Positions 27,330 to 40,504 of a DNA stretch of 64,000 nt are shown one piece after another. Made by a program: the position numbers and the translations under genes. Origin of the DNA: Iphione sp. A-MEVVRFRX5 (taxonomy: Eukaryota); assembly GCA_976226885.1 (NCBI GenBank), contig OZ320314.1:41168001-41232000 (forward strand), given 5' to 3'. The notes beneath the pieces were generated by a model. It was not told the DNA's origin. It saw only the letters and a program-made list of their open reading frames with translations, and searched no databases. Position 1 is the stretch's first letter. The number at the start of each line of letters is the position of its first letter.

Positions 27330-27640
27330 TTTCGGGATTGTCACTCAGAGCCTGGCATTGAACGATTATTGGCTCCCCAAGGGAATAATAAGAGGTCACA
27401 ATGAGGTCCACAGTCACTGTGTCTGGTTTTCTAGCTTAATTCATCAGTGTCTGAGATATGTTGCTTTAATAAAATATCAGTACTCCAAGAAGTCTGTTTC
27501 AAAAGAAAATTTCCTTCACAGTTCTTTTACAGCTTACCATCTCCTTCAGGAATTCAGCCTTTTTACTATGAGTGTCGCTATGCCAACATGCCTGTTCCCC
27601 TACAGGAAAATAATCACATAGCAGAAGCATCATTTGGTAA
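27330..27640 (-). mobile_element. Possible L1/Tx1-type endonuclease relic
   Basis: GNRHVGIATLIVKRLN (~27599-27550) resembles the G....GVAILI.K.L endonuclease motif; the rest is heavily interrupted. Confidence 0.3.
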
Positions 27641-30600
27641 ATGGTAGCCTTGTCATTATTGGAACTAGCTTGGTGAAACAAAAATAACCGAGATATTACC
27701 ATCTAGCTTTATGAAATATCATTCTGTGGTGTATCTTTCAAGAGATATTACTTCACCTGTATAGGTAATGATGGTCCAAATTCTCAAGAAGATAAAGAAT
27801 TTTAATCAACATAAGAAACCGGAAAATATCACGTTTTTTGTATCATATCGGATTTATATGCATGGGTTTGTCACATCGTTGTCCAAAGTGGTATACATAT
27901 ATTTCTTTCAATACTAGTCAAGTCTCAGATAATTCTGTTTACCTCCTGAAATTATGAGAAGCCATCTGTGGCTTTTACATAGGAACTTGTAACCTACTTG
28001 ACTCAACGTTTCACATGCAAACCATACAGGAAACGTACTCAGTACAAACGTTTACACCATACTCACAGATAGCAGTGTTAAACTCCTACATTCTCCCGTG
28101 AATGTAACTGTGCCATTTACCTAAATTATCAAACTCAATTCATTGAATCTTCAGCACGGAACCTTTCGGTACCTTTCACACAAGTAACTTGAGTTATATG
28201 TACATATGTCTATATCCATGTCCTCGTTATGCATCTATCACAATCATGTTAATGATATTATCCAAGTGTATATCACGCAAAATCAAAAGAACAGTATTAA
28301 CTGGACGGTATTCGGCGATCAGCTCTAAGAATACCCGGGAACGATATTATCCTTACTGCAGTCAAATACTCTGCCATTGTTTCTTTTGAAGATCTCCATA
28401 AGGCCATGATCATATTGCGCACTGCGTGGGCAAGCCCCAACGTTTCCCAGGGGTCGGCGCGTTTGAAGTGACGGCCCTGTTAGTAGCATCTAAGGCTACC
28501 ACGGGAGGTAGGTCAATTGGTTCAAGGGTAGGGTGGGTAGGCGTCGGGGTGGGAGCCCTTACGCCCCACCCCCTCCCTTAACGCCCTGTTCTATTAGGAC
28601 CTTTGGCCCCTCCGATCAAATGGGTGCTCGCTAGAGGTGCTGACACGGGGCAGAGAGGGGGCTATTGCTGTCAGGGCCCTGTAAGGGAAATGAAGGTCGT
28701 TGCTTTAATGTCGCTGTGACATGCGCTTGCTATGCAGTGTCGGAGCACATCTGAGCGAGCATGTCGGACGGCTATTCCGTTGGTTAGGACGTCAATATCT
28801 GATAACATCTGTGGTGCACGCAGAGATTTTGGATGTTTAGTTAGCTGACTGGTCTGTCCGTAGACTCTACGTGAAGCAAGAAAATGTAAGGCGCTGTTAA
28901 CATTAAAGTGGGAATCGAACAGGGCATATTGATTCGCAGCAGGGCAAAAATCATTCTGGGAACATAGGCAGGCAAAAGGTATTCCTGGGCCAGCTTTAAC
29001 AGTCCGCATTCCTAGGGAGTCCGCATTCCTTCTAATCGGCCGCAATATATTCTAAGAGAAGCTATTAAGGTATAACCTATCCAACGAAATCCTTCATCTA
29101 CGACAAGTTTATCGTACTTATAGTACACAGTACACATCACAGCATACAAAATAATCCATGTATATTTATCTAGTAAACACTGGTCAGAAAAGCGATTTCT
29201 TTGCTTCATCAAAAACGTTTTACATTTTGCCTTATTGAAAACGTAGAGGTTGCAGGAATAAAATCCCTCAAACAGAAATTCGTTTCAGAGATGATCTTTC
29301 TTATAACTAGATGCAATCTGGTCCCTACGTTCTACTGCCCCTATACCGTGATTGTATTTTTCAGTTCTGTCTCAGTAGCTAATAAGTATTCATATGAATG
29401 TGTGTTATTTCATATAGGTGGCTGGGAGACTAGGGGCGCCCTTACCTGTCGTCACTGTATTCACGACATGCGTGCATCTACAGCACTTGTACCGGCGCTT
29501 CTTCGGAGATGCGCCGGTCAAGATAGACAATATAAGAATGGAGCTGAGATGTAGGCCAGGCGAGTGGAGACGTGGGCGTAGCGTATACAACTAGGTTCGG
29601 TTTGGGATAAGTTTGAGAATGGATGAGGTTAATTTCGTTCACACGAAAGGTGAACAATGTTACGTAGTTATGTGGAGGCCAAAAACCTAGTGGTGGTGGA
29701 TGCGTTCTAGGATGGGTTCTCCATCCAAGGACAGCTGACGCGGGGTACGTGCAAAAAAACGACCTTGCCCACATCTATTTGATCGCATCTGTAACATGAC
29801 CACCGGCACAATCGAGAGCGTGAGAGGCTGCAATTCATATAGTATCTGATGAAGAGTCTCGATTTACTGTGTATGGAATATCAGTCACGAGGGCAGGTTA
29901 CGGGATCCGGGCTCTATATGACACTAAAGGTATGGAAAAATAATAGTAGTCCAAGCCAAAAGCAGAAAAACAACAACCCGAGCGACAGACATGCATACTG
30001 AACACCGTCATAGGGAAATACAGTGGTATGGACCGCAAAGAGGATTTAAGACTCGCGATTGGGGCGTTGCTGTATCAAATATCGTACATAATAAAGGAGG
30101 AATGGGAGCAGCGGGGACGGCAGTTTGGGAGATACAACGTCAAGATAGGGAACAAACTTGGTATGCTCCACAGAGGAATGAAGACAGGTGGCCGAAGGAA
30201 ATACGCTGAGATATTGGATTGTCATGTCATATTAGTAGTATTAAGGAGGCATGCATGGAGACAGGCGGCTGAGAGGATACAATGTTGAGGTGTGCGCTAA
30301 CATCGGTATGCCACCAGTAAGTGGAAAGCCTGCTACTGGGGGGAGTGTGCGAGCAGGGAAACCCAGCCGTCTTATGAGTTGGGACACGATCCCGTGTTAG
30401 GCTGTCACCGCCCTCCCTGTTGTTACTCGGGAATAAATTGAGCTCAGGATCGAGTGGACCTGCTAATAGTTGGTTTGCATGCATCCGCTACCGCTCCAAG
30501 GCCAAGGGGTGCAGGGCGGTGCACACCTACATGTACACGCACAAACAAGCGCATATAATCAAGCGCATGCACGCACGCACTCACACAAACACTCACACAC

Positions 30601-33600
30601 AGAGATTTACAAATACAGCGGAATCGGTTTTCATTTATGTGCAACTAATGCTAGAATATACAGACTTATGTATGGATTAATGTTTTGTCGCTATGAAGGT
30701 ATATTAACATGTTACACTCTGTTTAGACCTACATGATGACTATCATGCACATCGTTCCAACAGTTCATCCATAATATAACAATGCGGTCAAAGCCTAACA
30801 GAACGCATTATATGGCATCATTAGGTCGATAATGTAATTACCCGGAATACAGTGGCTGAAACTGGAAGCAATATGTCAGCCCGATTTCCCTGTGTGCGTT
30901 TTTCGGGCCCATGTTTGACATAACACACAGTCCGGGTTTCCTTTGATTGGATCTTGCTCCAATCAGGGAAAGAGAGTTCCGTGTTGCTGGTACATGTAAA
31001 GTGGTCCCAAGAAATGATCTTCGACTATGTCCTTCGCAAGGTTCAGTGATCCCTCTGACAACGGTTTGGCTGTGGAAACACACGCGCCTGGCTAGTTAGA
31101 GGGTCTGTCTAAAAAACTTTACAGTCTCTCTGACCGAAATGATACGTACAACACCCCTTTACGCCTATTGTTGGACCTAGAAGGACTCCTGAGCTGCCTG
31201 ACACAAAGCCCTTCACAGTCAACCTGATACGACAAGAAATCGCCCATTTCACATCGCTCTTCATCCATCATCTCACATTTATATATCCAGAGAAATAAAG
31301 GACAAGACTCAAAGGATAATAACGTCATCTAATCATCTGTGTGTCGGAACCAGCAAGCTGGAAGGCTGCCCGCAAGCAGAACATAGGAGTTGTCGTAATT
31401 TGGAATTTGATTCTTTGTCTCTCCGTTAGCCGACCACAGGCTGGCAAGGCAGATGGGAGAGAGCAATAACAGAGATGGTTAATAGTGTGCTGATCAAAGG
31501 CAATGCCCCTTAACTGACTCTGGAAATGGCGCCTCAACGTCTCCCGCCGCAGGCTATACCAGTTGCAACCTCACAAGAATTCGCTAATGTAACATGTGAG
31601 GGGAAAATCAATGTTACTCTTTGGAACTCTGCTCTAAATATCCTGTTAGGATCAATAATATGACATTCCAATGAGATCTGAAAGTAGATTTTATTAAGGG
31701 CTAAAATGAGCAATCGGAATATGAGAAACGATTCCACGCAATATGCAAATATCGATATCCATTCATAATATGGATATGACAAGGCTCGAAGATGAGTACT
31801 CTATCGAGATTTTTTTCATCATAATTCGTGACAGATGTAAATAAATCCTCAAGATTATTTGCAGGATCCCTGCTGGTACGTAGGATGGGAATAGGAAAAT
31901 GTAACTGCTTAAGTCATCTCTTCTTCGAATACTATGTTGGGGCGTATAGATATATTCTCGCTACAATATATTGCTTGCCTAGAAGCCCTTCCCTGTCACC
32001 GCCTACCTCAGGTAGCATGACCTCTCCTCTTTGAGGGGAACACAGGCGGACTCCCTGATGAAGAGCCAATCCCGGTGAGAGTCCAATTTAGAAAAGATGG
32101 CTCTTGTCCAACACCCAAATGTGGCTCTAAATGATTGGCACGTTTGTACTTGAAAGGGACGCTCTTTTTCTGTTTTTTTCTCTCTCGAATTCAAGGTAAC
32201 TGCTAATGGCGTATGTGCTCTGTTATGATGAATTGCTATATAAGAGCTATATGGATACCAGGGTTTAGTTCAATCGAGTTGGATCAGAACACGATACTGA
32301 CAATTCTTTATATGAAAAAAACAGGAAAATGGGGATGGGGGATGGGGGTGCAAATTCAATTTAGAATAAGATATATCGCCGTGAAGCTGATACTATGTAC
32401 ACCAGATGGCGACTGTTACAGTAACAATCATAAGACATCCTTATGAATTACGACATAAACACTCCGTGCACCTACGCCTGTGTTTTCGATTACATATAAC
32501 AATGAGTGAGAACATTGATTCCTTTGGTGCAGTGTGCTGTCTGATGCACATAGCATCAAATTAGAATCTGTCCATTTGTTTCAAGGAAATAGTGCGTATG
32601 AGATGAGGCAAGTAGTAAAGGGGTTGGGGGATGTTCAGTATGGCGACAGATATGCAACACAGGCTTATGAGCGGGGTCGAGGCCAAATTAGTCTCGTAAG
32701 GACTCATGGGAGAGACAAGCAGGAGAGATTGAAAGGTCGTACGTATCTCTTTCCACTGGAAAAAGCAACCAGTGACATAATGTGGGAGAAGCTAAAACGC
32801 GCATTATGTTTAATGCCTTGGAAAGTATGTTCCCCCTGGTTTTAGGAGAAAGATGTAAGTGAAATCGATATGATTTGCTCTCACAGGTGAAGCGAAGACT
32901 CTGTAAAACATCGAACTTAAAGCTGACGTTGGGTCACCGTACCGGCTTTCTACTAATAGCTTTGCTACCAATCAGATATCGTATAAACATTGCACATGTA
33001 CTACCCTGATCTAAAAACTATAAAATACAATGGACCCATAGCATGATTTGGTAATAGGATAGACCTAATTTCCCCCAAAACAGGATACTAGTTTTGTTAT
33101 CAGTTTAACCATCTTTCGGCTATCAATGTCACTGTCGACGTCACTGGTAATACTACAGATAACATTACCATTGCAATCCACGCAGTTCCCACTGAGAATT
33201 ACCAGATCCCTGTCACCACTATTTCGTTGATATTTTTTGGTCGATTCAGGAAAGATTGCACCAGGGTGGCCCATCCTTCTAGAGTTCCTCATTTTTTTAT
33301 TACACCCATTCATGCGATAGGCGAACCACATTAACAGGTTGATGCCCAGTTTTAGAAGCTGTCAAATGTTTATTTGTATGTTCATTTACGATTTTTCTCA
33401 TCAGAGAATTTTCGTCTGAAATGTCGCTGCTTTTTTTCCGTTTTAGCTCGGTGAGATCCAACTGTTCCCGCAGTTACAAAGTTCTCCCAGTCGGAGCAGA
33501 AAGAAAGATGTAAAAAAAAAAAACATTATGGAAATCCATTAAATCTCCCTGTTAGGAGCATATCGGCTTACTGCTGCCTGTCAATAAGAGGAAGTATGAG

Positions 33601-34409
33601 ACAAATAAGAAGCTTCATTTCGAAGTAAACTTCCACCTCAATGCCCCAAAGCCCGGATCCTATCGGGTCTGCACTTCAATGTAAATGGCTTAGCAATTAG
33701 CGGGAGTCCAAGTATATTTGTCCCCCAAAGCACGTATTAAGTTACCGTCATATCTTTATTGAATGGACTCGCTAAATAGTGTAAACATGGCAGTATAATG
33801 TAAAACATTCCATCAGTAAAAGAAGTGGATTTTTACATCGGTGTATATCAAACATTGCATCAGATGGCAAAGTTTAGCGCCCGAAGACATTGTGTATAAT
33901 GTGTAATCTAATTCTCCGCTCTTGCCGGTAAATGATTGTATAAATTAGTCCATTTCCGCGGTACTGACGTGCAGAAACAAAGAACGTCACAGTTCATAAA
34001 ATATAGAACCTATGATGTGGACGACATGTAAATTCATTGCCCTTCATAATACGTAAACCAATTAATTCACAAGAGAGAATTCACAAGAGTTCTTACTAAA
34101 CAATTACCTTTTTAATACCCGTAGACGCATCATGGTATAGGAAAGAATCTTACCGAACCTTTTACAACTCCAAGGCCAGCGCAATGTCTTCCCCGGCTAA
34201 AATTGGTTCCAATACTCCTACTCTGAAGAATTGTGACGTCTCGAGCAGCTGTTCGAATGTATCCCTTTTGCTGTCCGAGAAGTATGTATTAATAACATAT
34301 TTTAAACATCTCTCTATATATGCATTTACGTTCTAGCGGACGTTCGTTTACAGTTAGACCTGTCTTGCGGCTCACACGAAGCATCTTTTAATTAAAAAAA
34401 AGTACTGAC

Positions 34410-35612
34410 CTGTGATGACGTTGATGTCAGAAACGTTGTCGGGTGACAGGTCGACGTTCTTGGCGTCTCGCTGGAACTCCTCTTTGAGCTGAGCCTTGCG
34501 CTTGGCCGAGCCGCAAAGGCGGTAAATCCCCACAGTGTCCATGCCGCGTCGCTCCACCTCGTCGACGCAGCGTCGCACCAGGACCGGCACATTGTAGCCG
34601 CTCTTCTCGCGACGGATGACCGTCTCTAGGTCCACGCCGAACAGGGCGTTCTTGCGCACTGAGGGAGTCCGCTGGAGCGAGATGGCGGGCTCCTTGAAGT
34701 TGAACTCGAGGTAGAGTACACCTTTGGGCTCTAGTTTCAGGGCCACCTTCTGCGTGGTGCCGTACTGCAGGAAAGACTGCAGCGTAATGGCGCCACTGAA
34801 GCAGAGCCGATGGCGGGTGTTGGGGTCCCAACTGTACACGAGGAAGGAAAGGTCACGAGCCGACTCGAGGTCGACGTCAAACTCCTCGTCCCAGTCGAAG
34901 TTAATGGCGCCGGTTCGGATCATGGTGCGCGCCTTGTTGACCCCGTCCACCTCGATGACGCAGTACAGGTCGCGCAACATCGTGCGTGACGACTTGAGTC
35001 CGTGACCGCAATAGATGTGCACACTCAGCAGACCGTCCACGCCGGAGCCGCCGCGCTCAACCGCTCCCGGTGCCGAACCGATCGCCGAAGACGACGGCGA
35101 TTTCCTCATCATGTCCGGTTCCGGTCTGTACGACCGGAATTCCTCGATCTTAATCTGCAATGGTTTTCGCGCGAGCTGCAGGTCGCGGATGCGAGACGAC
35201 GGCGGCCCGACGCCCTTGCCCTCGGCGTCGATGCCCTGACGCGACTTGGACGTCGGCAGGGACGGCGGTGGCGCCGAGCCGGCAAGCGACGCGAGTGAGG
35301 TATGCGAGTTGCTGGCTTTTTGGCCCGGGTGCATAAGCGTGGCGTACTGTGGCTCCAGGGCGGCCAACCCGCCCGACTCGTCGGCCATCTGGTAGGTGCG
35401 GTAGTCCAACAGTGAGTCGGCGCTCAACTTGCGCGTCACTCGCGGCCGCCGTCCACCCGACAAGGTCGCCCGCTGACCTTGGACTTGACCTTGAGGTTGA
35501 CCTTGAGCTTGATGGGCTAGCCAGGACCAGTACTCCTCCGTAGTGAAGTTCTCGGGACCGAGAGGCTGCACGAACTGCGATTGGTGCCTGACGGGAGTTG
35601 CCATGTAACCGC
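34410..35612 (-). CDS. syd-1: Internal coding exon of a Syd-1 / RhoGAP100F / SYDE-family Rho GTPase-activating protein (low-complexity linker, C2 domain, N-terminal half of RhoGAP domain)
   Basis: ORF 34372-35634(-) contains a C2 domain (GLLSVHIYCGHGL...DLYCVIEVD...KARTMIRTGAINFDWDEEF...LEPKGVLYLEF, ~34693-35034) followed by a RhoGAP start (LFGVDLETVI...VPVLVRRCVDEVERRGMDTVGIYRLCGS...DINVITG, 34644-34410). C2 directly before RhoGAP with these motifs is the Syd-1/SYDE architecture. Acceptor: pyrimidine tract TTTTTTTTCTTTCAG|GC, with the AG at 35614-35613. Donor: ACAG|GTCAGT, with the GT at 34409-34408. Both boundaries are phase 1; length 1203 nt = 401 codons. Codons are visibly GC3-rich against the AT-rich flanks. 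Confidence 0.93.
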
Positions 35613-37482
35613 CTGAAAGAAAAAAAAGATACAAATGTCAGAAAGTAAACATTTGTAGTAACTTATTGTTACAAAACTTAATCAGGACGCGCATTCTCGG
35701 ATAACTGATACCTAAATTTCAAGTCATCCATCCTCTTGGAGAAATATATTCCGCTCATTAAAAAAAGAGATGGAATGACCAATTCACATCCTGTGGCGGA
35801 GGGTGGATTACGTGAGCAAACATGTCCTTAGACTCGCAATGAAAACGCGTGGGAACCTTTATACTAGGGTTTCTCAGTATCTTGGGGAGTGCAACACACA
35901 CCCTAGCTAGTCATTATAAACTGATGCATATATGGATATTCAAGACTACACAGATACAGAGCTAACTCTAGCGAATGACGGGTAGAATGCTCCACGGACT
36001 ACGGGCTGAGCGTACTACTACGGTCCGCCACATGTTATGGTTGCTAACATCAACCTGGCGGTGCACACTTCTTATGGGGGCAGCTCCTCTCCCAAATGTC
36101 AGCACCACTCCTGTGCCATCTATCGCCGTGATAATTGGGCCATTCCGCCTCCAGGAGACATCGTTATTTCGCCAGCCAGAGGGCGTTGAAAGCGAAACTC
36201 TTCTACAGCAAGATCTCCCCGTTGATGACCTTGATAGTCACCGGAGAGCACTCAAGGGCAGGAAAACATGTATGCTACCCCCGGTAAAAAAGAAACCTCA
36301 GAAAGGAAACCTCATTCAGACAGAATTTTACAATTTTAAAGTAATAGATGGTGAAACTTTTTTTCGCATGCTTAGCTTATAGCACATGCTACATGTATAT
36401 GCCACTGTGACATTGTTAAATACTTAAGAACGAAATATCACATGCACCCATTTCCATTTCATATAAGGCGTTTTTAATATAGTGAAAATTGATTAGGTTG
36501 TATCAAACAGGTGATTAGTGTCTTTATTTTTGTCGTTGTACTGCTCGATGAAAAGTTGAAAATGAGTCATTTTCTGAACAAGTCTTCACTCAACTAGGTT
36601 CTTCCTAAAATATAAAAAGGATACCACTATCAACTGTAGATCAGTTCATCTTAACATGTGCACCTAAACCGGTTGAACTGAAGTGAAAAGAAACTTGAGC
36701 ATTGACTGAGTAGATGTGAAGATTCTGAAATGATCTCAATGGATATATTCATTGGAGATAGTCACATGCACACAATCTTTGCAACCGGAAAACCATACTT
36801 GCCTCAACAGAAACTATGGCCGGTTATAAACGACCGCTCAGCGTCCTTAATCCCCAGATTTGATAATGATATTCTCAGGGATTTAAAAGACTGTACCAGG
36901 GAGAGTAGGTGGGGTTAATGTTTGTCGGGTGAAAGCGATGGGTTTGGTCGTGCTGGTGATAAAGGATGATAATAATAGGTAGAGATTGTGGACCTGTAAG
37001 TAAGATGATTTTAGTGGTACGTATCATAAATATACAGCGTACTTGATGAAGTGGCCATAACTGCTACTGCTGAGTTGTTGAGGTGTTTGGCGTGTGTGGT
37101 GGTCTTTGTTTGTCCGGTATGATTTTGCAAAGGGGTGGTGATTATTTACTGCCATTTTAAAATGAGTGTTGGCATGGGATTTTGACAATAATGCCGGTGT
37201 TTTTATAGCTAGAGGTGATAGCTCTTGTTGTTTTTATTTGGCTGTTGTTGGCGGTGATTGGGGACGATAATAGTTAAATCTATGTTGACTGTGAGAGGGC
37301 CACGGGGATGGGAGGCTGTCGATAAAGGCATAATTTAATTACAATTGTAAAAAAAACCATTCTGGTAGAAATCTACAATATTCAGGACACTGGTATCTCT
37401 TCATAATCTCATACAACCCCCTTTCCCTACCCACTCCCAGTGTTACTCCTCGTGGTGGTGCCGCGTCCACCACAAACACTAC

Positions 37483-37530
37483 CTGCTGCTGCTGCTCCTC
37501 CTCCTCCTCCTCCTCCCCCTCCTCCTCCTC
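37483..37530. repeat. Compound trinucleotide microsatellite (CTG)n-(CCT)n
   Basis: CTGCTGCTGCTG followed by an interrupted CTCCTC run. Confidence 0.9.
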
Positions 37531-37619
37531 TTTGTCTATTTCTCCGTCTGTGTACCGCTTCGTCCTTATAACCACCTGGACTTCTTCCCCCTTTTCTGGA
37601 TCCCTATCCCCACCGTTCT

Positions 37620-38050
37620 GTAAGCATGCCGTAATTATAAGAGGGAGGGAAAAGGGCAGAGAGAAGGCGGGGCAAGAGAAGGCTGAGGAGGCTGGGAGTG
37701 TACAAAACAGGGGGTGAAAGTATTGCGAGGGCCGTCGGCTGTTGGATAGGGAGGGGGGCGAGAGGAGCGAGCGAGACAAGCAGTCAGGGCGACGGGGGCG
37801 GAAGCTGGATGGGGGACATTGGTGGGGAATAGACGCAGTCAGCCGCGCCTTTCACGTCATCCTGTGGCCATAATCAAGGGGCATTGTGCACAATCCGCGC
37901 CGCTCCGTCGTCGGGCGAGGCGGAGGAATGGCCGCGACCAAGCACAGCCGACGCGCGGCCCGATTGCCAGGGCCGGGCGTGTATTGTTCGGCCTGTCCGG
38001 CAGCATGCCTATCAGCATGCAAATGCGGTTTGTTCTCATAACAATATTGG
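37620..38050. promoter_or_regulatory. CpG-rich promoter/enhancer-like island 2-2.5 kb upstream of the syd-1 exon
   Basis: GC-box-like GGGGGCGG, inverted CCAAT (37818-37822), CACGTCA (37853-37859), octamer ATGCAAAT (38017-38024), Sox-like ATTGTT; many CpGs. Confidence 0.4.
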
Positions 38051-40504
38051 GTGTTATCACTCCGGGAATGTCCGCATCCTTTCCTGCAAGTGCATCCTTA
38101 TGCACACGCGGAAGCACATACGCATATGTGTGTACACATTTTTCATCATGTGGGGCTATTGGAGCAACCTCCTCCAGCATCCCCCCCCCCTCCAGCCATA
38201 TAGAGTGACGTACAGGGGCACGCCAAAAGGCATTCCACTGATTGTATTTAACGCAGCATCCTTTAAGGTATTGAATACATACACGCAGCTTGTTCTCTCC
38301 ACTCCAATCAGCTCCTTTTCACGTAGTCAACATGAAATTTTATCGTAAACTCCATTTTTGCCGAAGCATTCAATGACGAAGGCAATCCCTATCAATTCCT
38401 ACTCATTTAGATTTTATCAGATCCTTGAAATGTTTCCCATTACCAACCAAAGCGGTTGCTTGATTTTTTTGCGCTCTTTTCTCGTCGATCAGAACATATT
38501 TTTAATCTGTGGAATTAACCCTTAATAACACAAGCATGTCTGAGATCATCACGGTTTCACTTCTTACAAGAGCTATTTGGGAGGAATTATCTAAGAGAGA
38601 AGGCTAGTGAAGAAGAGTTTACTGTCCAGTATGGCTATTTCTACATTGTCTGCGAGGTAAGTATTTCAACGTATTATTCGTTCGAGGGGAAGAGTCCGTC
38701 GCCCTATCTCTTCGTCTCTGTCGCTTGTTACCGTCCAATTCACAGGCCATTCCCCTCCCTAACAGGTCCCTCCCCTGTCCTATCTAATTCACCCTTGTCA
38801 CCCCTATTCACTACTGGATGTCTTCAGAAACCAAAGTGAAGCCGCTTATCTTAATCCTTATCGATATGCTTCTTTATGTTCAGGAAGAAGCCTGCTCCTC
38901 ACACCATAAGGAAGCCACTACACGATACAACATCCATGTCAGCCGGTGTTGATGTATCTCCTCTTCTCAGGTAACGTTTGCACGGGCTTTGATAACTACC
39001 ATTAACCTCTGCCTACTCCATCAGGAGATAAGATAACAGTCACCGACAAGGTTCTCGTTTCGGCAGTCCGTGTGTTGGCAAGTGTGCGTCTGTATGTTTG
39101 AGAACACGTGTGTAAGACAGTGTGTGCACTTAACAACGCTGCAGTGTAATTTATCCGCGTCTTTTCCCATGTAGATGATGTTCCTCGGAGCGTTGTTCTA
39201 CACACATGTATCTTCAACGCTGTCCGCCATTCTCTTAATTTATTATTGAAAATATCATTAAACTTACTGATTATACTAATGACGTGTTTTCATAATTTAG
39301 TGGATGCGTCTTATATTCAGTAGACAGCACGCGTTCAATAAAAATAAATACAAGCTAAATGTGTCCTGACGAATAGAGAGGATTTTGCTGTTGATTGCCT
39401 CACTCTTCGTGAGTTTATATGGAGCAAAATCCACCTCGAGAAAAAACCCTTTTGATTAGGTATGATGACCCTAATGTCTTTCGCTGTATGTGCATTTCCT
39501 GAGTATTTCAGTTCGTGGGTTGTATCCAACTGCGGAAGAGGAACATGGTACGAGCGTTTGGGTAATGGAAATCACAGTTGAGAGTGACAGATTGGTTAGG
39601 CCAACACTACAGGGCACGTATATACAGAGGGAAGACTTTGCTCTCGGGGAAATGCTCCGTCTGAGACATGCTAAGCGCCATTTAGCTCATCACTTACGAT
39701 TCTTGCAACGAGCTTAGAAGACCGCATCTTTCTTGTAACCTTTAAGCGCGTTTTGAAGAGAAGCATACCTGTAATTCCTCTCTTTTTTCGGTATTGTTGT
39801 TGCAATATCGGGTTCTAATACAGGGATTTGGACTGCCTGTACTACAATAGGCAGCCGATTTATTAAAGGCAAACGCCTGAATCTGATCCGTCCATTAATA
39901 ATGCCGAATACGGGTTGCAGGTTACAGAACGGTGCCGGATACTGCGCCGAACAAAACACGTACACCCTATTAGAATGCCGTTATTACGACAGACGTTTTC
40001 AAAAAGGAGTGCGTCAGTGCGCTCTTTGTGAATGATGTACTATCACAAACCCATTATGCATGAGCTCCTCAAACGTAATTTGAATCTTGCTCTCTTCATT
40101 CTAATGCTTTTGGTAACGATGGGTACAAAGGTAGACCAGAATAACCGGACGATATGGTCTGGTCAGCTACAGACAGCTTCACATTATATTAATCGGCAGA
40201 TCTAGTGCGCACAAGGGGGAGGAGGCTGGCCATTTGTTATCCTGCCTACAAGATGGCGAGAATACACTGAGCAGGCGCCTGTCGATCCTCCTAGCACGTC
40301 TGGCCATGCACATCTCAAAAGATTCCTCATAGATGACATCACGCGCCGCCTTAGCCTTGTGTGGTCGGTCAAGTGCCGGTGCCATAAAAGGCAAGTGGAA
40401 GGAAGTAAAGGTGCTGGTGGGGGAAGCAGAAGTGGGAATAAAAGGTGATAGGGTGGGCTGAACTCCTGACATTTGTTAGAATAATACGTATCCAAACACA
40501 ATCT

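Noticed and set aside
34372-34409. ORF read-through past the donor (GQYFFLIKRCFV*)
   Set aside because: Lies after a canonical GT donor in T-rich intron sequence, and the RhoGAP domain is incomplete; treated as intron.
34392-35543. Alternative-frame and antisense ORFs overlapping the exon
   Set aside because: Expected shadows of a GC3-rich coding exon.
35975-36382. 135-aa plus ORF just upstream of the exon
   Set aside because: No homology recognised, no codon bias; minus-strand frames contain stops and no Syd-1/PDZ motif.
37339-37779. 146-aa minus ORF with poly-E/poly-Q tract near the syd-1 exon
   Set aside because: Openness is explained by (CCT)n/(CTG)n and purine/pyrimidine tracts; no domain; candidate splice phases do not match the phase-1 acceptor.
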